In this document: positions 35,999 through 49,610 of the stretch, piece by piece
Layout: every line of letters starts with the position of its first letter
How positions within the stretch are numbered: position 1 is the stretch's first letter
DNA from: Mobula hypostoma
Taxonomy: Eukaryota
Length of the DNA: 64,000 nucleotides
Assembly: GCF_963921235.1 (NCBI RefSeq)
Contig: NC_086097.1
Coordinates: forward strand, 96,784,001 to 96,848,000
Direction of reading: 5' to 3'
Made by a program: the position numbers and the translations under genes
The notes under the pieces: generated by a model
Database searches by the model: none
Seen by the model: only the letters and a program-made list of their open reading frames with translations
What the model was told of the DNA's origin: nothing

Positions 35999-37599
35999 AT
36001 TGTATCATCCATTGAAACAGATTATAATGTATTTCCAAACAAACTGTAACAATATCCTGATATTGATAAGTGATTAGGGTGTTTTTTTCCTGAAGCTATG
36101 ATCCTTTTTTTTAAATCATCACAGCATCCTAGGGATCTCTGTGTCCGTCAGTTCTCAGCTTCTGTCAGCATCAATGTCATCACCAACTATCAAGGTAAGC
36201 AAGAAGATGCCTCTCCGATTTCCTTGATGCCTGGCTTGTGAGGATGTGTTTGAGTCCCAGGCGATGTCTCCTTCCCGCAGTTGTGGCAAAAATCAGCAGT
36301 GTGATCACCCCAGTCTTGATCCTATCACTTGGATGAACTTCTGTCCTCTCATTGAATATTTTGTGAAACTGGAGATGTTCTTTGAATGCTGATTGTTCAG
36401 GTCCAAACCCATGATATGTTTTGTCACTGCTCATGGCAAACTTGTGATACTGTTGAGTAAAGAATGTTCCCAGTAAAACCACATATTAAAGAAAAACACC
36501 CCTAACTACTATTTCAAGACATTTCTAAATTAAATGTAGCTTCTCTATTAAGTATTAGATGATAATGGAATGTTGTTTCTGTCTTGGCATCTGCTGTATT
36601 CAATTTATTTCTTTTGCTAAACATAATTTAGTCTTGAAATTTTGCTCCATGTTTTCATTAATTATTTTAAGAGTCATGGTTGTCCCTGTCAAGATCAATA
36701 TTTATTACCCACTGCTTATTGTGAGAAGGTGGCGGTGAGTCATCTGGAACTGCAACAGTCTTTCTGGTGAAGATGCTTTCATAGTGCTGAGGGGATTCCA
36801 GGATTTAGACCCTAGCAACAGCGGCAGAAGGGTCATACACTTCCATGTTAGGATGGTGTGAGACTTGGAGGAGAATGTGCAGAGATAGTGTTCTCATGCC
36901 TCTTGACTGTGGTGGGGAGTTTGTGAGGTTCTAATAGAACTGCCAAAGCAGTACATATTGTATATGGTACATCTTGTGCAGTGGTGGCAGGATATCTGAA
37001 ATGAGTTGTTGGCCTTGATGCTTTCAAACTTGCTTAATGTAGTTGGAACAGCACCAATCCAGATGGATTGAGAGTATCCCATCACAACCTGCTTTGTGCC
37101 TTATAGTTATCGGAAAGGCTTTGACCTGCTCCTGTTTTCACAGAGTTTGTGATTAGTCCTAGTAAGTTTCTAGTCAGTGATGTTCCTGGGTTATTTACAC
37201 TGAGTCAGGGTAATGGTAATGCCATTAAAACTGGAAGTTTAAGGGACGAGCCTCTCTGCCAGCACACTATTTTTGTGCAATAAGCGTCTCTCTAACTTGA
37301 AACTCTCATGCACAAAAATGCTGTGCTTTCCCCCATCTACCAACTTTCTCCATTGTCCTTTAGAGTTTTCTATTTCATGGTTGAATGGTCTAGAGTTATG
37401 CTGTTGCATAAAACTATAGGATTTGTTTGCTTACCAGTGAGTTATTTGATTAAGTTCTGTCCAACCTATTTTACAAGAGCAACTGATTCCTCCACATGTA
37501 GTCACTACTAGTACCTCAGATGCATCATTTAACTAGTCACAGGAACATCTCATCTGAACCTTCTGGGCCTTCTGGTCTTCTCAAAAAACAGAAAAGTGT

Positions 37600-37990
37600 G
37601 TCTGTAGCTTGTATACTTTTCTGTTCCTTGGCATTGGTGTTTCCATAACAGGCCATGATGCAACCAGTTAGGATACTTTCCACTGTGCATCTATAAAGTT
37701 TGTCCAAGTTTAAGATAACATGCCAAATCTATGTAAAGTTCTAAGAAATTAGAGGCACTATCATGCCGCCTTTGTGATGACACTTTAGTGCTGGTCCCAG
37801 GCCACATCCTCTGATATGAACGGACTGGTGGACCTCCAGCTTCCTCCGATGGTCAATTATCAGCTTTTTGTTTTGCTGACATTGAGTGAGAGGAGGTTGT
37901 TTGGGCACCATTCAACCACACTTTCAATCTTCCTCCTACATGGTGATTCATCACTACCTTTGATTTGGGCAACAACTGTGGTGCCATCTC
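37600..37990 (-). mobile_element. Old Rex1-type RT fragment
   Basis: DGTTVVAQIKGSDES...NNLLSLNVSKTK on the minus strand. Confidence 0.6.
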
Positions 37991-40619
37991 AGGACTAGCT
38001 TTACCTGGGACCAAAGCAGGATGATGCAAGAAGTTGGTGGTCCAGTGGAAATGAGTTTAGCATACTTTATTTCAGTGAACATGTCAGTATGTTTTTGAAA
38101 TGCATGGTAGTTACTGGTGCTCTTAGTGATTGCCTAAAAATGACATATATCTCAGTTTGTCATCCACTACCTCCAGATTATGAGTCCAGAATGTAATTAT
38201 GAAATAGAAATTCTGCTCAAGTATAAAACCAGAACTGAATCCAACCACTGTTAACCCGAACCAAGCCTGAGCCAGGGGCATTATGATATGTTCCCACATA
38301 CTATATCAACTGCTCTGATGCTATTGGCCATAGAATCACAACTGCATAAACACACAAGATATACTGACTGTACCCAGGCTTGCTGTCATGGAAAAAAACA
38401 TTTCAAAGCTCTGAAGTACTGTACTAGTCCAATCCGATCTGTCTACATACACGACCTATTCCAACTCCAATGCATAAAGTCAAGTTACGTTGGTCTAGAA
38501 CATGGCCCTACCATGAATTCCTAACATGGGATAGGTCAAGAACTATGAGGAGTAATTTTCTTCCTTCTAATCAGCTCATAGAATCATACGGTTATATGGC
38601 CAATGCCAACTAAGGGGCATCCATCCATATTATTGCCATCTTCCAGCACTTGGTCCATTACCCTGCCATGCTCAGCTAAAGACTTACAAAATGTTATCAC
38701 TGACCCTGCTTCCACCACTCTTTCAGGCAGTGCATACCAGTATACTCAAACCCACTGCGTGAAAAAGGATCCCCCTCATATGCGCCCCCCCCATGTATCT
38801 CTTTTCCTTCACTCTAAACCTATGCCGTCTAGTTTTATCTATCTCTAATATGGGAAAATGTTTCCTCAAGTCTATGCTATCTATATCCCTCATATTTTCA
38901 TATTTTCCCTCACACCTAGATTATGTACCCCTAATCTCTACTGCTCCTGAGAAAACAGACCCGGTCTCACTTCATAAGTGAAACGCACAACATGCTGGTG
39001 AATCTTTCAGCATCATCTCCAGTGATAATCAGTGCTAATCACAGCTCTAATCAAATATTTCGGCACACATTCCCAGAACTGGTGCTTATTTTTTGATGTA
39101 ATTCAGTTTAAGCTTGTTTACGAGCCTACAAATTTTATGATGACACCAACTATTTCAACATCTTTGATTTTTTCATTAGTTTGCAAATTTTGTGGGAGGT
39201 ACAGCTGCATGGTTTTTGGGAGGAGGAACTACTTTTAAGGTAGTTAATTAAATTGATTTCCCTCCTCCCTCTCCCCCTGCCCCACCAAATGTCTGAATTT
39301 TGGTTTGGGTGATCCAGTTGAAAATTTTACTCAAAACAAGTAGTTAACCCAAGTTATTTTTAACTATTGCTGCTCACTGACCTGCAGTGAACCAGGACAG
39401 TCAGGTTGTAACTTGATGGATGAATATGTAATAAGCAAACAAAAGCAAACAGGTGATCTCCTTTACAAAGCACCTAGTCATCTTCCTGTGAACAGCATCT
39501 CTCTGTTGGTATGTTATGGAAAAAGCTATTGAAAAATCAATAGAGCAACAATGCTCTAACTTTCTATGGTTTCTAAGGTCAGTGGGACTAGGCGGAAAAT
39601 GGTTTGGCACAGCCAAGAAGGGCCAAAAGGCCTGTTTCTGTGCTGTAGTTTTTTCTATGGTTTCTAGATAAAATGACCCTTCTTGGGAAGCAGAGACTAA
39701 TTTTAAGTTATTCCTATTCTGGCATAATTGCACATTATTGTACAAAATCTGAAACATGAACAGATTCTCATGAAGGAAAAGTTCTAAGTGTCATATCGTA
39801 ACAAAATAGGAGAAGGCATTAAAACAAGATGTGACAAAGCCAAATTATTCAAACAGTTCTGCCTTAACAGGTTTTTGCCTGCATGTTTAAACTGTCATTT
39901 TTGAATGATTGAACTTTGAGGAATTAAAACATACAAGTCGAAACTTACCCTGATCTCAATTCTGAGGGATGACTGGTGGAGTGTTGGAATTTCTTATTGC
40001 CCAAGATTTTAATGAACCAATTGCAGAAGCTTGTTTCACAAAAGGCATGCCATGTTTGTGTTATACATTTCCAGACTACAGCGTACTAGCTATTAAGATG
40101 CTGTACTTAAATCACATCTGAAGTACAACAATCAAAGGTGAATTCTGAAAACAGAAAATTGAAGGCTGATGGGATTAGTGAAAGTTGTCAAAGGGCACTG
40201 ATGGAGAAAATACGTTGGAGAGTAACACAGAGCCATTTGCTTATTTCTGTGCCTGATGACTGAGTTGGGAGAATCACGCCATCTTTGCTTTTTCTCAAGT
40301 GGATTATAAGCTGAGATTTACTGACAAAACACAGTCTTGGAATGGTAAGTGTACTTTTTAAAGAGGTTGATAATCGTTTAGCATAATGATGTAGGAATTT
40401 TCCTTGGGAAAATATGAGCATGTTGTTTAAATACAAGAGATGCTATTCTACTTTATATTGCCCTCCATTTGCATTAAAGGTTATTTGATTATTTAAAAAA
40501 AACTTTCTCAAGACTATTTAATAGTTGGGCTATCTCAGGCTTCTCCCTACCAGTCTTGTGACAAATTCAAAGTTTCATTGATGTAATTACTATTAATTGG
40601 ACTGATAGTGTGATTGTGG

Positions 40620-42520
40620 CTGATTTATTATCCCTCTCAACCCTATTTTTCTGCCTTCTCACCATAACCTTTGATACCCTGAATAATCAAGAACCTTTCA
40701 ACCTCTGCGTTAAATATACTCAATGACTTTGACTCCACATCCGTCATGAATTCCACAAAGTCACCACCCTGTGGCTAAAGAAATTACTTCTCATCTCTGT
40801 TCTGAGTGGACATCGCTCTATTCCGAGGCTGTGAGCCCTCTGGTCCTAGGCTCTCCCATTATAGGAAATAGCCTTTCCACATCCACTCTCTCTAGGCCTT
40901 TCAAGATTGGGTAGGTTTCAAGATCTCCCCCCCCCCCACCGCCCCCATTCTTCCAAGCTCCAGTCAGTACAGGCCCAGAGCCATCAAACACTCCTCAAAT
41001 GTTAACCCTTACACTCCTGGGATCATTCTTGTGAACCTCCTCTGGACTCCCTCCAGTGCCTGCACATCCTTTCTTAGATAAGAGGTCAAAACTGCTCTCA
41101 GTACTCCAAGTGCTGTCTGACTAATGCCTTATAAAGCCTCAGCATTACAACCATGCTTTTATATTCTAGTCTAAACAAAACGAATGCTAACATTGCCTTT
41201 GCCTTCCTTACTTTTGCAACCTTGTGCCTTCTTTTAGTCCACCTGATTTCCTTCCTAAGAAGGAGTGTTCCTTTGTATTTCTTATAATGCTCAAGTATCT
41301 CATTTGTTCCTTCCTGCCTGTACCTGCTAAACACCTCCTTCTTCTTAACTAGGGTCTCAAGAACCAAGGTTCCCTAAACCTGTTATCCTTGCCTTTTATT
41401 CTTGACAGGAACATACAAGCTCTGCACTCTCAAATTTCCCTCTTGAAGGCCTCCCACTTACCAAATGCATCTTTGCCAGAAAAAAAACTTGTCCCAATTC
41501 TCACTTTCCAATCCTTTCTGATGCCATCAAAATTGGTCTTGCTCCGATTTTGAATCTCAACGCGAGGACCAGATCTATACTTCTCCATAATTATCTTGGA
41601 ACTAATGGCGCTATGATCTATAGATGCAAAGTGTTCCCCTACACACGTGTCTGTCACCTGCCCTGTCTCATTCCCTAACTGGGGTTCTAGTATAACACTC
41701 TCTCTATTGGGGACCTGTTACATATTGATTAAGGAAACTTTTCTGAACACATTGACAAACTCTATCCCATCCAGCCCTTTAACGGTATAGGAGTTCCAGT
41801 CAATATGTGGAAAGTTTTTAAAAACAACCTTATGTTTCTGGCAACGCACACAAAATGCTGGGGGATCTCAGCATGACAGGAACTCAGAAGCCCGAAATGC
41901 TGTGTGGACTCTTTTCAATAGATGCCGCCCTGTTGCTGAGTTCCTCCAGCATTTTGTGTGTGTTGCTTGGATTTCCAGCATCTACAGATTTTCTCTTGTT
42001 TATGTTTCTTGCAACCGTCTGCGGTCTCTACAAATTTGATCTTTTAAATACCGCTGACTATTGGGTGGTATGTAATATATTTCCATTAATATTATCATCC
42101 CTTTCTTATTCCTCAGTTCCACCCATATAGAATCAGTAGGTGAGCTCTCCAGTCTGACCTGGCTGAGCACCGCCATGAAATCTTTTCCTGACTAGTAATG
42201 TCATCCCTCCCTCCATCTTTAATCTCTCCCACATTATCACGTCTAAAACAACAGAACACCGGAACATTGAATTGCCAGTCCTGCCCCTAAAGACTACAAC
42301 ATAATTCCATGTGCTGATCAATGCCCTAAGCTTGTCCGCCTTTCCTAAAATACTCGTTGCATTGAAATATGCATAACTCAGGACAAAAGTCTCACCATGC
42401 TCAACATTTCAAATCCTGACATTGTATGTAGGCTAACAACATCTCTCCCCACAATCACTCCACCATCTGTCCTAGCACTCTGGTTCCCATTCCCCTACAA
42501 CTCTAATTTAAACCCCCTCT
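40620..42520 (-). mobile_element. Joined CR1 fragments (3' end and EN region)
   Basis: LYKALVRQHLEY, SIDHSAIS, EN motifs on the minus strand. Confidence 0.8.
41846..41999 (+). mobile_element. Short Penelope-tail insertion with inverted head and 16-bp TSD
   Basis: TSD ttatgtttct(g/t)gcaac at 41830-41845 and 42000-42015; 41841-41873 is an inverted repeat of 41934-41966. Confidence 0.75.
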
Positions 42521-43329
42521 TGGGGCATATGAACTTCAATTTCTCGAACATCCGGTAATTGCCTCCACACCTCTCCTTCACCATTCCCCATTCCCATTTT
42601 TTTTCCTCAATTTATCTTATTATCTGCCCATCACCTGGCCCTGGTGCTCCTCCCCCCTCCCCTTTCTTCCATCGTCTTCTACCCTCTCCTATTAGACTTG
42701 CCCTTCTCCAGCCCTCTATTTCTTTCACCAATCAAGAAACACTGACTGTTTATGCTTTCCATAGATGTTCTTGGCCTGCTGAGTCCCTCCAGTATTACTG
42801 ATTCACTCACAATGGCTGCTCCCACAATGACCACTCCGCTTAATCCTAACGTTTTATTTGCCCTTGCCAATATCTAATTACGTATAATCCAACGCCTCCT
42901 AGCGACGTGTGGCGTGCAGAATGTCTCGACTCTCCACGCTCGTTTCTTTTGAAGCCTGACACCCGCTATGCAAAATCAATCATCCCTTAGCGATGTGTGG
43001 CGTGCAGAATCACACTCAAGATCTTTTCAGGGATTCCAAACCTAGGAATAAATTCTCCTAATAAGAGTTTAGCGACTGTTATAGCATTATTTCTACCAGC
43101 CGGATGAACTTCTATCCAGCAAGAAAACATATAAGTAAATAATTATAACCCATACATGTGGGTAATTGCATGAAGTTCATTTGGAGATGCACAGATGTCT
43201 CTAGGTGAGTGCCAGACAGTGGCGTCTTCAGGATTGTCTGGCAAATCATTTACTACTCTCTACAATCCTGATGCATAACACTCATTTTCGATTACTATAT
43301 ACCCGTCACCCTTTACAGACCTGCACATA

Positions 43330-43765
43330 GTGTGCTATTCATTTTGAATCTTGACTTAATCTTGTCCCTGTATTGTTGTTTCGCAGTCTTGATAGCTATG
43401 CACAGATTGTAGCTGCAATTCTTGAGCTGCTGATTGTTGGCAGTGTAAGCTATGTGAAACGCGGTAAGTGCTGCTTGCACGTAACTATTGATCCAGGGTT
43501 TCTGGTTCAGGAAACTGACTTACTGACTTCTGAGGGACAACATCGTCGATGCACTTCCAGAAATGAAATCCGAGACATCCTGATCATGGAAGACATTCCA
43601 GTCGATGTCATCGAGGCGGTCCTGCAGCATGGAGTGGACGGTTTTAACTATGGCCGCCTTTTATTTCAGCTTCTGCCTGTATGTCAGCAAAAGCGGGATT
43701 GAAGAGTGATCTGATTTTGCAAAAGCTGGGCAAAGGAGAACTTTGTAAGCATTGCGGAAGGGAGT
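43330..43765 (-). mobile_element. Rex1-type LINE EN/linker fragment
   Basis: FAKSDHSSIPLLLTYRQKLK...DIDWNVF...KCIDDVVP on the minus strand. Confidence 0.65.
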
Positions 43766-43943
43766 GTAGTGACACCATGGGCTCTTGTCTTGCTAAGCAG
43801 TCTCACTTGTGGCACCTTGTCAAAGGCCTTCTGAAAATCCAAGTACACAACATCCACTGATTCTCCTTTGTCAATCCTGCTTATTATTTCTTCAAGAAAC
43901 TCCAACTGATTTGTCAGGCAAGATTTTCCCTCATGGAAACATG

Positions 43944-44801
43944 CAGGAACAGGCCACTTGGCCCACAATGTTGCAGATATGGGCAGACAAATGGCAGGTG
44001 GAGTTTAACCCAGATAAATGTGAGGTGTTTCACCTTGGCAGGGCAAATACAAGGAGACAGTACACTGTTCAGGGCAACATCGTTAAGTGTTGCTGAGCAG
44101 AGAGATCTTGGGATCCAAGTTCATAGCTCTTTGAAAGTAGCTACACAGGTCGATAGGGTGGTTAAGAAGGCTTATGGAGTGCTTGCTTTTATTAGTCAAG
44201 GTATTGAGTTCAAAAGTCAAGAGGTTATGTTGCAATTTTATGAAAGTCTAGTTAGGCCACATCTGGAGTATTGCGTACAGTTCTGGTCACCCCACTATAG
44301 GAAAGATGTTGGGGTATTGGAGAGGGTGCAGAAGATGTTTACCAGGACGCTGCTTTCCTGAGAGGCTGGATAAACTTACATTGTTTTCTCTGGAGCACCA
44401 GAGGCTGAGGGGAGATCTGATCGAGGTTTGTAAGATTATGGTAGGCATTGATAGAGTGGAGAGAGAGTATCTGTTTCCCAGAGCTGAAGAGTCCAATACC
44501 AGAGGGCACACATTGAAGGTGAGAGGGGGTGGGTTCAAGTGGGTATGAGGGGTAAGGCTTTTACTCAGAGTTGTGAGTGCCTGGAATGCGCTGCCTGGTA
44601 TGGTGGTAGAAGCAAATACATTAGAGGCTTTTAAGAGATGTTTGGATAGGCACATGGATGTAAGGAAGATGGAAGGGTATGGACATACTGTAGGTGGTAG
44701 GGTTTAGTGTTTGGGTGTTCTTGATTGGATTTTTAGCTGGTTTGGCACAACATTGTGGGCCAAATGGCCTGTTCCTGTTGATGTACTCTTCTGTGTTCTA
44801 T
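43944..44801 (+). mobile_element. CR1 3' fragment nested in CR1, headed by an inverted copy of its own 3' UTR
   Basis: ORF2 C-terminus [15 protein letters not shown]; 43944-43973 is the reverse complement of 44748-44777 (29/30). Confidence 0.85.
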
Positions 44802-47196
44802 GAAACCATGTTGAGTTTGGCCTATTTTATCATGTCTCCATGTACCCCAAACCACATCCTTAACAGTCAACTCCAACATCTTCCCAACCTCTGAGTTCAG
44901 ACTAACTGGTTTATAATTTCCTTCTTTCTATCTCTCTCCCATCTTGAAGAGTGGAGTGACATTTGCGATTTTTCAGTCCCCCAGAACCATGCCAGAACCT
45001 ATTGATTCTTGAAAAATCATTAATAATGACTCCACAATCTCTTTAACCACCTCTTTTAGAACCCTGCCTTGTAGACTACCCGGTCCAGGTGACTTATCTA
45101 ACTTCAGACCACTGGGTTTCCCAAACACCTTCTCCCTAGTAATGGCAACTTGATACAGTTCTGCCCCCTGATGTTTCTGAACCTTTGGCACACTACCAGT
45201 GTCTTCCACTGTGAAAACTGATGCAAAATACTTATGTCATCCACCATTACTACCTCCCTCACATCGTTTTCCAGCAGTCCGATATCTATTCTCTATTACA
45301 TTTTATATATCTGAAGAACCTTTTTGTATCCTCTTTAATTTTTCCTTCCTTATGACTTTTTAAAATTGTCTTCTGTTGGGTTTTACAAACATTCCAATCC
45401 TCTAACTTCCCTCTAATTTTTGCTCTATTGTATGCCTTCTCTCTTGCTTTTACATTGGCTTTGACTTCTCTTCTTTTTTGGGATGTGTCTATCCTGCATC
45501 TTCCGTATCACTCTCAGAAATTCCAGCCATTGTTGCTCTGCTGTCATCCCTGCTAGTGTTATCTTCTAATCAAATTTGGCCAGCTCCTCTCTCATGCCTC
45601 TGTGATTCCTTTTACTCCTTTGATGCATCTCACTTCAGCTTCTCCTTCTCAAATTGCAGGGTGAATTCTGTCATAGTATGATCACTGGCCCTTAAATGCT
45701 CGTTTACCTTAAGCTCTCTAGTCAATTCCAGTTCACTGCACAACACCCAATCCAGAATAGCTAATCCCCCGGTGGGCTCAACCATGAGCTGCTCTAAAAA
45801 GCCATCCCGAAGGTACTCTACAAATTCCCCCATTTGGGGTCCAGCATCAACCCGATGTTCCCAGTCTACCTGCATATTGAAATCCCCCATGGCTATTGTA
45901 ACATTGCCCTTTTGGCATGCATTTTCTATCTCCTGTTGTCATTTGTAGGCCACATCCTTACCACTGTTTGGAGGTCTGTATATTAACTCCCATCAGGGCC
46001 TTTTTATTCTTCCAGATCCTTAGCTCTACCACAATTCTACACCTTCCGATCCTATTTCACCCCTTCTAATGATTTGATTTCATTTTTTACTAACAGAGCA
46101 ATGCTGCCCCCTGCCTTCCTGCCTGTCCTTTTGATACAATGTAAATTCCTGGATGTTAAGTTCCCAGCTATAATCTTCTTTCAGCCACAATTCAGTGATG
46201 CCCACAACGTCATACCTGCCAATCTGTAACTGTGCTACAAGTTCATTTACCTTATTCTGTATACTGCACACAATCAAATATAGCACCTGTATTCACCTTT
46301 TTTGATTTTGCAACTCATCCCAATGACTACAATTTTACCCTATCATCAGCCTGTCCTTGTTGGCAGTCTCACTACACATTGATTCTATTTGTAAACCAAC
46401 TACCCCATCCTTAGCCCTATCACTCCAGTTTCCATCCCCCTGCCAAATTAGTTTAAACCTTCCCGAACAGCTCCAGCAAACCTGCCCACAAGGATATTGG
46501 TGTAACCCATTTATTTTGTATAGGTCGTACCTTCGCTAGAAGAGATCCCAATGATCCTGAAATCTGAAGTCCTGCCCCTTTCACCATTTTCTCAGCCACT
46601 TATTCATCTATCATATCATCCTGTTCTTACCCTCACTGGTGCACAGTACAGGCAACAATCCAGAGATTACAGCTCTGGAGGTCCTGCTTTTCAGCTTTCT
46701 ACCTATCTCCCTAAAATCTTTCTAAAATCTCTCTTCAGGAACTCCACATCCTTCCAATCTATGTCATTGGTGCCAACATGTACCAAGACTTCTGGCTGTT
46801 AACCTCCCCATTTAGAATGCCGTGGACTTGATCCGAGACATCCCTGACCCTGGCTCCTGAGAGGCAACATATCATCCAAGTGTCTCCATCGCGTCCACAG
46901 AATCTCATCTGTATTGCGCTAACAATGGAATCTCCTATCACCACTGTAGTCCTCTTTAGCGCTCTTCTTACCTGAGCCACAGTGCCAGAGATCTGGTCCC
47001 TGTGGCACAGCCCTGGTAGGTTGCTCCCCCCTACAGTATCCAAAGTGGTATTCTTATTATTGAGAGGAGTAGCCACAGGGTACTCTGTACTGGCTGCCAT
47101 TTCCCTTCCTTCTCCTGACAGTTACTCACTTCCCTGTCTCCTACCTCCTTGTAACTCATTTCCATCATATCCTCATTCTCCTGTATGAGCTGAAGG

Positions 47197-48312
47197 TGTC
47201 ATGGGGGGGGGCACATTGATGGTGGGCCCAAATGCAAGACACAGACACTGAAGTACTAGGAACAGGACTCTGTGTCAAGAAAGCAAGAGAAGTGGGGAAG
47301 AAAGGACGCTGGATATTGACACAGGACCTGGATGATACTAGGATGCAGGGCCTGGGCTAGGTCATAGACAAGTAACACGGAACCCAGACAAGGAACTAGG
47401 AACAAGGAGCCTGGACTAGGGACACAGGACTCCAGAACTAGAACCTGGACAAGGACCCGAAACCTGGGTCTTGGCTCGGAACCGGAGTCTGTGTTTAGCC
47501 CAGAACAAGACGTGGCTACAGGACTGGATGTGAGACTCCTAGACAGGATGAGGGAACTCTATCACAGGGCTGGGTGAGGTACTCTTGGGCTGAACAAGAC
47601 ACATGGACAGAACGAAAACACAAAGACTTGACTTGGTCTTGGGAGACAGGAACCTCGGAGCCTTGGGCTTGGGAGACAAGAACATGGAACACAGAGCCGG
47701 GACCCCTCCTTGGGAGCAGGACATAGGGCCGGGACTTGTACACAGCACACAGAGCCAGGACTCCCTCCTTGGGAACAGGACCAAGGGCCGATGTTCTTTC
47801 TATACACAGTACACTGAACACGAAGAGACAGTTCTCCACTCAGGGTAGTGGAAAATGGCCGGACCTACCCGACAGAGGCGAGGACACAGAGATAGTTCCC
47901 AACTCAAGGTAGCGGCAAACAGCCGGACCTACCCAGCAAAGGCGAGGACACAGAGACAATTCCAAACAATGGCAGACTGTTCCTTACCTTGACACAGCAA
48001 GGCCCCGGTCTTGCTCTGGTGGTTGAACCTGACGGCATTACAGGCAGGGACACAGGCGAAGGTTGCAGGCGAGGCTTCAGGCGAAGGTTGCCTGCGGAAG
48101 ATTCAGGCGAGCGTTGCAGGTGGAAATGGGAAGGGAAGGGAACGGTCCAGCAAACTGTTTGCAGAGGTATTCATGTGCCAGACCGAAATGAGAATCAGGT
48201 GCCTCAAATAAAGCGCCCAACAGAACAAGAGAGAAAACAGAAAAACCTGGAACAAGGATTGATGGACCCGACCATGAACCAGAATGCAGACTTCGCGGAC
48301 CGGACCATGACA
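47197..48312. mobile_element. Solo LTR (1116 bp) with perfect 5-bp TSD gaagg
   Basis: TGTCATG...CATGACA termini; TSD at 47192-47196 and 48313-48317; internal short direct repeats; interrupts CR1 ORF1. Confidence 0.9.
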
Positions 48313-48574
48313 GAAGGTCATCGAGCTGCAGCTCCCATTCCTTAATACTTTCTCTGAGGAACTGCAGCTCAGTGCACCTGGTGCAGATGTGATTGTCTGA
48401 AAGGCTTGGGGTCTCCAAGAATTCCCACGTCTCACACACAGGACAAAACACAGCTCTTGGTGCCATTCCCACTGCACGAACTGTGCCCTAACAGAAGAGG
48501 AATGACAAATAAAGAGGAAGAAGCAACTTACCAGATACTTGTCTCACCCAAGCCTGATCTTGCCAAAGATCATC

Positions 48575-49610
48575 TTTGCTTTAGTTTTCTAATCCTCTCA
48601 AAATGAATGCTAACATTGCATTTGCTTTTCTTGCCAAGACTCAACCTGCAAGTTAGCCTTTGCGGATCTTGCACTAGGACTCTCAAGTTTCTTTGAATCT
48701 CTGATTTCTGAATTTTCTCCCCATTTCAAAAACAGGCTATGCCTTTATTATTTCTGCTGAAGTGTATGAGCATACACTTCCCAACACTATATTCCATCTG
48801 CCACTTTGCCCATTCTCTGAATATGCCTAAGCTCTTCTGCAGGCTCTTTAAATAACCTCCACATGTCAGATGTGGACTTGCCCCAAAACAGTTGTTCCCA
48901 ATTGACTCTCTCCAGTTCCTGTCTAATGTTGTCATAATTTGCCCCACAAAGTCCATACTTGTCTACAGTTATCTTAAAACATGAGAAGTTGTGATCATTA
49001 TTCCCTAACTGCTCATCATCTGGAAGGTTGGTCACCTGGCCAGGCTCATTATGCAACTCCAGGTCCAGTACAGCCCCTCCTCTTGTGTGAACTATCTACA
49101 TGTTGATTTGAGAAACCCTGCTGGATGCACCTAACATACTCTGTCGCATCTAAATCTCTAGCACTCAGAAGTCACAGTATATATTCGGGAATTTGGAGCG
49201 CTGTGTGACAACAATCTTATTGTTTTTACGGCTTTCCTTAGTCTGACTGCATATCTGTTGCTCAATGTCCCTGTGGCTACTGAGGGGTGGGGTGGTACAA
49301 TCCCATCAGAGTAATTGCACCCTTTCTGCTTTTGAGTTCAGCCCATACACAGTAGGCTCAGTGGATGAGCTCTCCATAGTGCAGCTGTGATATTGTTCTT
49401 GACTGTAAAGCAACTCTCCCCCACCCTTTACCTCCTTCTCTATCTTTTCTAAAACATTGAAACCCTAGGACAGTAAGCATTAATTCTCGTCCCTCTCTAA
49501 ATCAAGTCTCTGTAATGGCCACCACATCATAGTTCCATGTACTGATCCATGCTCCAAGTTTGTCACACTCACCCTGAAAATCCTCTAGCCTTAAAATACA
49601 CACTTCAAAC
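48575..49610 (-). mobile_element. CR1 fragments (RT C-terminal and EN pieces)
   Basis: EWAKWQMEYSVGKC; NEPGQV..LGNNDHN. Confidence 0.75.

Larger units (their letters stand above)
43770..48480 (-). mobile_element. Long CR1 remnant (ORF1 zinc finger/esterase, EN, part of RT) with two nested insertions
   Basis: AVFCPVCETWE..HICTRC..LQLDDL, VVIGDSIV, CCLSGARVRDV, MGDFN, SDH, KSCLTNQLEF. Confidence 0.88.

Noticed and set aside
36180..36482. 100-aa minus-strand ORF and a plus-strand AG-GT bounded 70-mer (36125-36194)
   Set aside because: No recognisable homology or partner exons; compatible with chance.
47516..48477. Cluster of overlapping ORFs on both strands
   Set aside because: Low-complexity solo LTR sequence plus CR1 ORF1; no independent coding signal.
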